This document shows, piece after piece, positions 16,182 through 23,422 of a stretch of 38,465 nt of DNA; within the stretch, counting starts at the first letter, position 1; each line of letters begins with the position of its first letter. Made by a program: the position numbers and the translations under genes. Below the pieces are notes generated by a model. It had not been told where the DNA came from and ran no database searches. It was given only the letters and a program-made list of their open reading frames with translations. Source of the DNA: Candidatus Woesearchaeota archaeon (GTDB lineage Archaea; Nanobdellota; Nanobdellia; Woesearchaeales; ARS49); NCBI GenBank assembly GCA_019323575.1, contig JAHWHB010000013.1, forward strand, positions 1 through 38,465, given 5' to 3'.

Positions 16182-16888
16182 TTTGTGATTTCTTTCAGAA
16201 CTTGTTCTTCGTCTGCTTCCACTCCCCATTTCTTGAATAGTGTGCACACGTTATAGATGTCTCTTTTCAGATATTCTTGTGCGTTTTGGTTGTTTAATGG
16301 TGTTGTTTGTGACATGTCTATGAATACTGGTTTTTGGTTTAGGTTTAGTATGTTGAATCCGCTTAGGTCCGCGTGGACTAGTCCTGCTTTGTATAGTTTT
16401 TTCATCTGCTTAACTACTTCTTCAAAGAATTCTTTTGGGTTTTCTGGTTTGTCTTTTGTGAGTTTTTGTGCTGGCTGCTCATCTCCAATAAACTCCATTA
16501 TCAGGATGTTGGACAGCACAACATATGGTGTTGGTACTCTTGCTTCTGCCTCTCTTGCTTTCAGTAAATTTCTATACTCCCTGTGCGCCCATGCGAATAT
16601 AACCTCTCTTCTTTTGTTTTTTAATCCCAGATATCTTGGGTCTGCTTTTATGTAATCGTACATTTTGTTGAAGTCGCAGGTTTGTAGTCTGTAGATCTTG
16701 ACGATTCTTGTTTCATCATCTTTTTTTGCTGTGAAGATGTTTGCTTCTTTGCCTATGCTTATAGGGCTTTCTAATCCGTCTATATATCCTTGGCTGATTA
16801 GTTTGAATAGGTTTTTTTCTGTAAAAAGGTCAAACACTTGTTTTAGTGTTTTGAATTTTTCTTTGTGTTTTGTTCCCATTCTTGGCAT
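16178..16888 (-). CDS. rio1: RIO-type serine/threonine protein kinase (Rio1-like, no N-terminal wHTH)
   Basis: ISIGKEANIF..K......VKIYR (ATP-binding Lys), LVHADLSGFNIL (catalytic loop) and FIDMSQ. TATA (TTTATAAT on the minus strand) at 16912-16919. Confidence 0.9.
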   Translation of the reverse strand: MPRMGTKHKEKFKTLKQVFDLFTEKNLFKLISQGYIDGLESPISIGKEANIFTAKKDDETRIVKIYRLQTCDFNKMYDYIKADPRYLGLKNKRREVIFAWAHREYRNLLKAREAEARVPTPYVVLSNILIMEFIGDEQPAQKLTKDKPENPKEFFEEVVKQMKKLYKAGLVHADLSGFNILNLNQKPVFIDMSQTTPLNNQNAQEYLKRDIYNVCTLFKKWGVEADEEQVLKEITK

Positions 16889-16933
16889 TTTAGCTTGTTG
16901 TTTGTTTTGGGATTATAAACCCTTTTGGTAAAG

Positions 16934-16941
16934 TATATAAA
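16934..16941 (+). promoter_or_regulatory. Orphan TATA box (TATATAAA) with no downstream ORF
   Basis: It lies about 45 nt upstream of the hairpin-ACA element at 16986-17063. It is separate from the rio1 TATA on the other strand. Confidence 0.5.
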
Positions 16942-16985
16942 TAGCAGAATCCTTAATTTTCTTCATTAAGAAAGGTCATATTCAC

Positions 16986-17063
16986 GGCCCTTCACGAGAG
17001 TACCCAGCGGAGCTGACGGCTTTGCCAAGCAATGACTCTTGGGGGTTAGTGTCTAGGGCTACA
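16986..17063 (+). ncRNA. Candidate single-hairpin H/ACA-like guide sRNA
   Basis: Lower stem GGCCCT (16986-16991) / AGGGCT (17055-17060), immediately followed by ACA (17061-17063) and a T-run (17069-17074). There is a large symmetric internal loop (about 11 + 11 nt, a candidate pseudouridylation pocket). Upper stem CCCAG/CTTGGG. CTGA (17013-17016) facing TGA (17033-17035) could form a K-turn. No target was identified. Confidence 0.35.
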
Positions 17064-17244
17064 AGACCTTTTTTATGTTTAAAATCAAATTCGAGCGGAA
17101 ATAGAACAAGTAAATTAATGATAATCATTCATCATCAAAATCAATTGAAAATGAATCAAAAACACCCTAAATCAGCATAAATAAGGTTGATTTAGTCTGT
17201 TTTGGCTTAACTTGTTCTGTTTTAGCCCGTTTGGGGGAAATAAA

Positions 17245-18465
17245 ATGGGAAAAATCAGTCCTGTATCATCGAAATACATTATTAATGCAACGATTGAGAT
17301 AGAAGGAGTAGTTGATAGGCCTGACGTTATTGGTGCTATTTTTGGCCAGACTGAAGGTTTGTTAGGTGAGGATTTGGAGCTTAGGGAGCTTCAGCGTTCT
17401 GGAAGGATTGGCCGTATTGAGGTTAATGTTGATACCAAGGGCGGCAAGAGTATTGGCACAATTATAATTCCAAGCTCTTTGGACAAGGCAGAGACTGCTA
17501 TTGTTGGTGCTGCTTTGGAGATTATCCAGCGTATTGGTCCTTGTAATGCCAAGGTCAGGGTTCAGAACATTGAGGACGTTCGTATTAGCAAGCGCAACTT
17601 TGTCATCGAGAGAGCTAAGCAGTTGCTGAAGCAGTTGATGGACAAGGTCATGCCGGATTCAAGTGAGATTGCAGAGGAGGTTGCTCACTCTATCCGTGTT
17701 ATGGAAGTTTGTGAGTATGGAAGAGACCGTCTTCCTGCCGGTCCTGCTGTTGAGGAGTCTGATGAGCTGATTGTTGTTGAGGGTCGTGCTGATGTTCTTA
17801 ACCTGTTGAAGCACGGTTTCAAAAACGTTATAGCTATGAATGGAACCTCTGTTCCTCAGACTATTGTTGAGTTGAGTCATCGCAAGGACTTGGTTGCTTT
17901 TGTTGATGGCGACCGTGGCGGTAACTTGATTCTTCGAGACTTGCTTAATGTTGCAGAGGTTGACTTTGTGACTAGGGCTCCTGACGGCAAGGAGGTTGAG
18001 GAGCTTGCTAAGAAGGAGATTCATAAGGCTTTGCGTAGCAGGATTACTGCTGAGCAGGCTAAGTTGGAGTTGTCTCACATCGACACTTCTCAGTCTGTTA
18101 GAAGGCCTGTTATTTCAAGACCGGCTCCGCGTCCGTCTCATCCTGCGCCTCGTGCTAGGCCGGCTGTTTTGCGTGATGATGAGCGCAAGCGTTTTGGTGA
18201 GATGTTGGAGTCTCTTATAGGCACTCGTGGTGCTTATGTCTTGGATGACAAGATGAATGTGCTTGGCAAGGTTCCTTTTGCTGAGTTGAATGGCACTTTG
18301 AAGTCTTTGAACACGGGCGTTTATGCTGTTGTGTTTGATGGTGTTGTTGACCAGCCTCTTGTTGATGTTGCTGAGCGCTCTGCCATTAAGCATATTGTTG
18401 CTATGGACTCAAAGGTTGACCCTTCTAGTTCAAGATTGAACATTGTTACAGCTGCAATGCTGTAA
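17245..18465 (+). CDS. dnaG: Archaeal DnaG primase / exosome-associated Toprim protein
   Basis: VDRPDVIGAIFGQTEGLLG is the archaeal DnaG N-terminal domain. The Toprim region is LIVVEGRADVLNLLKHG...VAFVDGDRGG. I prefer the ATG at 17245, which has a G-rich SD-like GGGGG 8-12 nt upstream. Confidence 0.9.
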   Translation: MGKISPVSSKYIINATIEIEGVVDRPDVIGAIFGQTEGLLGEDLELRELQRSGRIGRIEVNVDTKGGKSIGTIIIPSSLDKAETAIVGAALEIIQRIGPCNAKVRVQNIEDVRISKRNFVIERAKQLLKQLMDKVMPDSSEIAEEVAHSIRVMEVCEYGRDRLPAGPAVEESDELIVVEGRADVLNLLKHGFKNVIAMNGTSVPQTIVELSHRKDLVAFVDGDRGGNLILRDLLNVAEVDFVTRAPDGKEVEELAKKEIHKALRSRITAEQAKLELSHIDTSQSVRRPVISRPAPRPSHPAPRARPAVLRDDERKRFGEMLESLIGTRGAYVLDDKMNVLGKVPFAELNGTLKSLNTGVYAVVFDGVVDQPLVDVAERSAIKHIVAMDSKVDPSSSRLNIVTAAML

Positions 18466-18502
18466 ACCTTTTTATACTTCTTTTTTTTGTTCTTGTTAAA
18501 AG

Positions 18503-19831
18503 ATGGTGTATGAGATTATTCTAGGAAGGGAAAAGGCGGATCAGGATAAGTTTGGGACTAAGGGTTCTGTTCTTCTTGGCAAGCATTATGTTAAGATGGG
18601 TGCTGTTACTGCTCTTTCCCAGCCTGTTTTTCTTGACTTGAATAAGGCTCACGTTGTTTTTGTCTGTGGCAAGAGGGGTTCTGGTAAGTCGTATTGTTTG
18701 GGTGTTATTGCTGAGGGTATTGCCCAGCTTCCTGATGAGTATCGTAATCGTTTGTCTGTTATTCTTCTTGATACTATGGGAATTTATTGGACTATGAAGT
18801 ATCCTAATCATAAGGATGAGGATTTGCTTAAGGAATGGGGTTTGGAGGGCAAGTCTATTGATGTTAAGATTTACACTCCTTTTGGTTTTTTTGACAAGTG
18901 GAAGGAGGAGGGCATTCCTACTGATTTTCCTTTTGCTTTGAACCCTGTTGAGCTTTCTCCTGAGGATTGGAATCTGACTTTTGAGCTTGAGAGTACTGAT
19001 CCTGTTGCTGTTTTTATCGAGCGTATTGTTCTTCAGTTGAAGAAGGCCGGGAAGCAGTATGATATTCCTGATATTGTTGATGCTATTGATGATGATAAGG
19101 ATGAGGAGTTGCGTGTTAAGCAGGCTGCGCGTAATCGTTTTCTTGCTGTTGAGGACTGGGGTGTTTTTTCTTCTAAGGCCACTCCTGTGAAAGAGCTTGC
19201 AAAGCCCGGCCAGATTACTGTTTTGGACTTGAGTGCCTATGCGATTATGCCTAATGGCTGGCGTATTAAGCATTTGGTGCTTGGTATTGTTTGTATGAAG
19301 TTGTTTATTGAGAGGATGAAGGCCAGAAAGGATGAGGAGTATGCTTCTGTTCATGAAGCTATTCACTATCTTATTGAGGAGCATGAGGAGCCTAAGGAGT
19401 CTGAGATGCCTATTTGTTGGCTTTTGATTGATGAGGCTCACGAGTTTTTGCCTAGTGTTGGTAAGACTGCTAGTTCTGATGCTTTAATCACTCTTCTTAG
19501 GGAGGGGCGTCAGCCTGGTATTGCTATGGCTATGGCTACTCAGCAGCCTGGCAAGATTCATACTGATGCTATGACGCAGTCTGATATTATTCTTGCTCAT
19601 CGTTTGACCGCTAAGATTGATACTGATGCTCTTGGTTCTTTGCTGCAGAGTTATTTGAGGACTGGTCTTGATAAAGAGTTAGCTAATCTTCCTCGTGTTG
19701 CTGGTGCTTGTATTGCTGTTGATGATGTTAATGAGCGCATGTATCCTATGAGGATTCGTCCTAGGTTTAGCTGGCACGGCGGTGGCGCTCCTGGTGTTTT
19801 GCGGGAGAAGAAAGAGGCTTTTGAATTCTAA
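18503..19831 (+). CDS. HerA/FtsK-like P-loop ATPase (DUF87-type)
   Basis: Walker A is VFVCGKRGSGKSY and Walker B is WLLIDEAHEFLP. ATQQPGKIHTDAMTQSDIILAHRL resembles the HerA C-terminal motif. There is no adjacent NurA-like gene. Confidence 0.7.
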   Translation: MVYEIILGREKADQDKFGTKGSVLLGKHYVKMGAVTALSQPVFLDLNKAHVVFVCGKRGSGKSYCLGVIAEGIAQLPDEYRNRLSVILLDTMGIYWTMKYPNHKDEDLLKEWGLEGKSIDVKIYTPFGFFDKWKEEGIPTDFPFALNPVELSPEDWNLTFELESTDPVAVFIERIVLQLKKAGKQYDIPDIVDAIDDDKDEELRVKQAARNRFLAVEDWGVFSSKATPVKELAKPGQITVLDLSAYAIMPNGWRIKHLVLGIVCMKLFIERMKARKDEEYASVHEAIHYLIEEHEEPKESEMPICWLLIDEAHEFLPSVGKTASSDALITLLREGRQPGIAMAMATQQPGKIHTDAMTQSDIILAHRLTAKIDTDALGSLLQSYLRTGLDKELANLPRVAGACIAVDDVNERMYPMRIRPRFSWHGGGAPGVLREKKEAFEF

Positions 19832-19849
19832 AAAGAAAAATAAAAAAAT

Positions 19850-20638
19850 TTAATCGCAGGGCGGATTGAAGTCGTTTTCCCTGAGATTGTTGAATTTCAT
19901 GTCGTTGAACTGGTGTTTGATTGTGTCTCCGCCGCTTGTTATTAACACTTTGTGTGGCACTCCGTATGTGTCGTCTACCCACATTTCGTATTGTGCTCCG
20001 TCTTTGTCGAACTTGATGTATGTTACTGTTCTTTCGTTGAATGTTTGCGGTCCTACTATTACTGCTGATGCGGGTATTTCTTTTGTCCATTGTATTGGTG
20101 TTTTTGGTATGTTTAGCATCTGTGCGTCCACTTCAAATTTCTGTACGGTGTTGTCTATGTTGTGGCTTTGACATCTGCTTCTTTCTTCGCAGCAGCCTAT
20201 TCCTAAGTCAACATATACTGTGTCATAGTAGCCTTCTCTTACATAGAAGTCTTCTTCGTATTTCTTTATCTTCATCTTGCCGTCTAGTAGGTAGTACGTG
20301 TCAAGGAATAGGTTCTTTGTTGATGTTCCGCCATAGAGATATTCTAGGCCTGATGTTATTTTGTCATCTGCCCTTTTCAACAAACTCTTTAGTTGTGGGC
20401 TCATCTCTTCTTTTACCACTGGTTCTGGTGGTGGTGCTGTTGCTGTTCTTTCTGATGGTAGTGTTTCTACTGGTGGCTGCGTTTTTACTTCTGGTTCTTT
20501 TGGTGGCGGCGTTTCTGTTGTTACTGGCGCCTTTTCTACTGGCGCTTCTGGTTGTGTTTCTTCTTTTGGCATCTCTTTTGGTGCGCACGCAGCCAGTATC
20601 AAAATTAGTATTGCTGCTAATATCCACATTTTCTTCAT
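19850..20638 (-). CDS. Putative secreted lipoprotein with a Pro/Glu/Thr-rich linker
   Basis: The N-terminus MKKMWILAAILILILAAC has a lipobox-like LAAC. A ~70-aa PE/PT-rich low-complexity linker is followed by a Cys-containing globular domain. I recognise no family. Confidence 0.6.
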   Translation of the reverse strand: MKKMWILAAILILILAACAPKEMPKEETQPEAPVEKAPVTTETPPPKEPEVKTQPPVETLPSERTATAPPPEPVVKEEMSPQLKSLLKRADDKITSGLEYLYGGTSTKNLFLDTYYLLDGKMKIKKYEEDFYVREGYYDTVYVDLGIGCCEERSRCQSHNIDNTVQKFEVDAQMLNIPKTPIQWTKEIPASAVIVGPQTFNERTVTYIKFDKDGAQYEMWVDDTYGVPHKVLITSGGDTIKHQFNDMKFNNLRENDFNPPCD

Positions 20639-20648
20639 TTTACTCCCC

Positions 20649-20849
20649 CTATCTGTGGTACTTTTGTATTGGACCCCAGATCATTGATACTATACTTGCT
20701 ATGAACATTATTACAAACACTAGTCCAAATGCAAATGCCCATGTTTGTGATATTTTTGGTATCAGTAGAATGCTTGCCAGTATGCCTATTATGCTTATTG
20801 CGAACAGACTTGCTTTTAATGGTGCTATTTTTGCTATTTTTTTTGCCAT
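20649..20849 (-). CDS. Small two-TM membrane protein (66 aa), co-oriented upstream of the lipoprotein gene
   Basis: Two hydrophobic helices. Its own TATA (ATATATAAAG on the minus strand, 20873-20882) lies 24-33 nt upstream of the ATG. There is a 10-nt gap to the next gene. Confidence 0.5.
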   Translation of the reverse strand: MAKKIAKIAPLKASLFAISIIGILASILLIPKISQTWAFAFGLVFVIMFIASIVSMIWGPIQKYHR

Positions 20850-20902
20850 TCTCTTGTTTTTGTGCTGTTATGCTTTATATATTTTTCTGGCAAATGGTTA
20901 GA

Positions 20903-20910
20903 TTTATAAA
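20903..20910 (+). promoter_or_regulatory. TATA box for the presenilin-like gene
   Basis: TTTATAAA lies 23-30 nt upstream of the ATG at 20933. Confidence 0.55.
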
Positions 20911-20932
20911 CGGTTGGGGTTTTGGGTTTTTT

Positions 20933-21781
20933 ATGAAGCATACGTGGATTATTACTTGTTTTTTGCTTGTTTTGTTTTTTGCTGCCCAGATTATCGGTCT
21001 TGCTATCACCCAGTCTTATGTTGATGTTGATAAGAGTATAGAAGCTGGCGAGGTTGTTTGGAAGGATTTGTCTTTTATTGAGCGTCCTGATGTTGAGCCT
21101 CAGTTCAGCATTTGGTATATTATCGGCGCTGTTATTCTTGGTACAGTTCTTATTTTGTTGATAATTAAGTTTAAGACTGTATTGTTGTGGAAATTGTGGT
21201 TTTATTTCGCGGTTGTTTTGTGTTTGCAGGTTGCTGTTGCATCTTTCATCCCTGCGATTTATGCTGCGATTCTTGCTTTGATTTTGGGATTCTTTAAGGT
21301 GTTTAAGCCTAATGTTTTCATTCATAATTTGACTGAGTTGTTTGTTTATGGCGGGCTTGCTGCTATTTTTGTTCCTATTTTGAATGTTTTATATGCGTTT
21401 ATTCTTTTGCTGGCTCTTTCCTTGTATGATATGTATGCGGTTTGGAAGAGCAAGCACATGGTTAAGATGGCTAAGTTTCAGACCAAGAGCGGCATTTTTG
21501 CTGGTTTGTTGCTGCCTTATGTTGCTCCTTCTTTCAGGAAGGGAGCGAAGATGAAGGTTAGGACTGCTGTTCTTGGCGGCGGGGATATTGGTTTTCCTTT
21601 GATTTTTGCTGGTACTGTTCTTATTTCGTATAATTTCTTGTCTGCGCTTGTTGTTTCTGCTTGTGCCACTCTTGCCTTGCTTGTTTTGTTGTTGCTTAGC
21701 CAGAAGGATAGGTTTTATCCTGCTATGCCTTTCTTGACAGCTGGTTGTGCTGTTGGTTATCTTATTGTTTATTTTCTGTGA
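20933..21781 (+). CDS. Presenilin / signal-peptide-peptidase family intramembrane aspartyl protease (A22, PSH-like)
   Basis: A multi-TM protein with the catalytic motifs LSLYDMYAV (YD) and LGGGDIGFP (GxGD), plus PAMPFL (PAL-like). I prefer the ATG at 20933. The upstream 68 codons of the track ORF are antisense to the neighbouring gene. Confidence 0.8.
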   Translation: MKHTWIITCFLLVLFFAAQIIGLAITQSYVDVDKSIEAGEVVWKDLSFIERPDVEPQFSIWYIIGAVILGTVLILLIIKFKTVLLWKLWFYFAVVLCLQVAVASFIPAIYAAILALILGFFKVFKPNVFIHNLTELFVYGGLAAIFVPILNVLYAFILLLALSLYDMYAVWKSKHMVKMAKFQTKSGIFAGLLLPYVAPSFRKGAKMKVRTAVLGGGDIGFPLIFAGTVLISYNFLSALVVSACATLALLVLLLLSQKDRFYPAMPFLTAGCAVGYLIVYFL

Positions 21782-22346
21782 ATTTAGAAAGTGCTTTTTG
21801 TTCTGAGATTGCCGAGTAGGCGTATAGTTCTACTATTAGTCCGTCTTCTGCTGATATTGTTTGGGCTCCTGTTTTTTGTTTTAGCTCTCTTGCTATGTAT
21901 ACCGGGTTTTTTTTGTGCATCTCTTCGTCATAGCAGGTCAATATTGCCAGTCTTGGTTTTAGTTTTGTGATTATTTTTTCTGTTTGCTTATGTTCTGCGA
22001 ATACTATTGTGTCTGCTTTGTATTCTTTGATTTCTTTTGTCTCTATTTTGTCTGTGATGTATGCTAGCACTCCATCTGGCAGTTTGAATATTGTTCCTGA
22101 TTTTTTTTGTATTATTTCCACGTCTGGTGTGTTTTCTGTTGTTTTGATTAGGTCTGCGTCGTGCCCTCTTTCTTTTTTTGTGACTACGATTTTGTCTACT
22201 GTTTTGTTGCCTAGTGCTTGTGACGCTCCTGGTCCTGGGTCTACTGCTATTGTTGTTTTGTCTGTTTTTATTAGAAATCCGCCTGCATTTCTTAATCCCA
22301 CTATTTCAGGGCTTCCTGTGCCTATGAACTGGAGTTTTGGGTTCAT
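21762..22346 (-). CDS. Metallo-beta-lactamase-fold-like protein lacking the canonical HxHxDH motif
   Basis: The N-terminal LQFIGTGSP and IAVDPGPG resemble RNase Z/MBL motif 1. KERGHDADL sits where HxHxDH is expected. Weak assignment. Confidence 0.35.
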   Translation of the reverse strand: MNPKLQFIGTGSPEIVGLRNAGGFLIKTDKTTIAVDPGPGASQALGNKTVDKIVVTKKERGHDADLIKTTENTPDVEIIQKKSGTIFKLPDGVLAYITDKIETKEIKEYKADTIVFAEHKQTEKIITKLKPRLAILTCYDEEMHKKNPVYIARELKQKTGAQTISAEDGLIVELYAYSAISEQKALSKFTENKQ

Positions 22347-22376
22347 GCCCTATACAGTAAAGCGTCCATGTATAAA

Positions 22377-22592
22377 TTAATTTGTTGTCTCTAGTTTGAA
22401 TCTTGGTACTTTCTGTCCGTTTACTTCTACTTCTTCTAGGAACATTTTTTTGGGTCTTACCCATATCTGTCCTTCTCCGTATAATGCCTTGTATACCACG
22501 AGTTCTTCGAGGGTTTCGCTGTGTTTTGCGGTTCCTATTACTTCGTATTCGTTGCCTTTGTAGTGTTTGTACTTGCCTGGTTTTACTTCCAT
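22377..22592 (-). CDS. DUF1653 family protein (71 aa)
   Basis: [49 protein letters not shown]......PRF matches the DUF1653 consensus as I remember it. Confidence 0.75.
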   Translation of the reverse strand: MEVKPGKYKHYKGNEYEVIGTAKHSETLEELVVYKALYGEGQIWVRPKKMFLEEVEVNGQKVPRFKLETTN

Positions 22593-22612
22593 ATGATTGG
22601 TATTGCAGAAAA

Positions 22613-22622
22613 CTTTAAAAAC
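22613..22622. promoter_or_regulatory. Single TATA element shared by the divergent DUF1653 gene and SRP RNA
   Basis: CTTTAAAAAC is centred about 25 nt from the minus-strand ATG (22592) and about 26 nt from the predicted SRP RNA 5' end (22643). The whole spacer is 50 nt. Confidence 0.5.
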
Positions 22623-22642
22623 CCTCTTTCTACTGTTTGTAT

Positions 22643-22888
22643 GGGCGGACTAGGCAGGGAGGTTAGCCCTCTCCTGTTACCGTTAATGGGCTTTAAACGG
22701 TGCTGAAGTTCAGGAAGCAGCATAATTCCTGCGTGTAGTCTTTGGCTGGACGTTGAAGTTCTGTCCGGCAGGATTGTGGCTGCAGGAACCGCGCCAGGAC
22801 CGGAAGGTAGCAACGCTCACTGTAGTTTCTCAATGCTTGTCGGGTCGCGGAGCTGAGGAAGGTCAAAGGTTAAACTGCATTGTAGGTT
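22643..22888 (+). ncRNA. ffs: Signal recognition particle (7S) RNA
   Basis: Conserved S-domain motif GCCAGGACCGGAAGGTAGCAAC (near 22794-22815). G-rich 5' end GGGCGGACTAGGCAGGGAGG...CCTCTCCTG (Alu-domain hairpin). It terminates at a T6 run (22887-22892). The ends are approximate. The ORFs across it are not credible. Confidence 0.8.
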
Positions 22889-22894
22889 TTTTGT

Positions 22895-23422
22895 TCATTC
22901 TTGGACGTGTCCGCCTACTTTATATTTCTCCATCAGTTTGTTCAAGCTGTCGCTTGTTGTTTGTTTCATTGTATAGCCTAGCATTTTTACCGCTTTTTTG
23001 ATATCTTCTTCTGTTTCTGCTTCTATTTCCAGATATGTTGGCATTCCTGGAAAGTTATCTATCTCAAATCTTGTGTTGTTTAGCTTGTACGACTCCCTGT
23101 GCTTTTTGTATTTTAGTGTTTGTTGTAGTCCTAGTTTTGTGAAGATGGTTATGACATCTTCAAAATTTCCTACTTCTATGTCTGTTTCTTTTCTTTTTTT
23201 GAAGCTATCAGATTCTATTTTTTCTTTGCAGCATAGTTCTACTTTGTCTCCAATTTTTCTTACTCTTAGGAATATTCCTGAATTTTTCAGGCGTTTATCT
23301 GGGTAATCAAATGATTTTGCGTGTATCTCTCCTTCAAATATTTTTTTTGCCCCTTTTTTTTGCAGTTTTTCCCGTATCTCTTTTTCATTTATCTCTAGGA
23401 TTTTGACTTCTATTTCGTTCAT
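22895..23422 (-). CDS. CYTH-domain protein (CyaB-like class IV adenylyl cyclase / triphosphatase family)
   Basis: The N-terminal MNEIEVKILE contains the ExExK signature. Length is about 175 aa with alternating charged beta-strands (FLRVRK, ELCCKEK, FEIDNF). ATGA overlap with the leuS stop. Confidence 0.75.
   Translation of the reverse strand: MNEIEVKILEINEKEIREKLQKKGAKKIFEGEIHAKSFDYPDKRLKNSGIFLRVRKIGDKVELCCKEKIESDSFKKRKETDIEVGNFEDVITIFTKLGLQQTLKYKKHRESYKLNNTRFEIDNFPGMPTYLEIEAETEEDIKKAVKMLGYTMKQTTSDSLNKLMEKYKVGGHVQE

Noticed and set aside
17100-17190. C/D box sRNA (TGATGA on the minus strand near 17126-17135, CTGA near 17172-17176)
   Set aside because: On the minus strand the CTGA lies 5' of the TGATGA, which is the wrong box order. 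No terminal stem or C'/D' boxes are evident.
16889-17244. Replication origin in the 350-nt AT-rich ORF-free spacer next to dnaG
   Set aside because: There is no orc1/cdc6 gene nearby, and I could find no ORB or mini-ORB-like inverted repeats. The strand skew has the same sign on both sides of the spacer, whereas an origin should switch it. A palindrome and short repeats exist but are insufficient.
18521-19441. 306-aa minus-strand ORF
   Set aside because: It is antisense to the HerA-like ATPase, which has clear Walker A and B motifs in the + frame. Compositional artefact.
20041-20901. 286-aa + strand ORF made almost entirely of L/F/V/C/S
   Set aside because: It is antisense to the lipoprotein and small membrane protein genes. 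A-depletion of the + strand removes stops, and T-rich codons give a fake hydrophobic protein.
20729-20932. Upstream 68 codons of the presenilin-like ORF
   Set aside because: They are antisense to the small membrane protein gene and cross the divergent promoter region. A TATA box sits 23-30 nt before the internal ATG at 20933.
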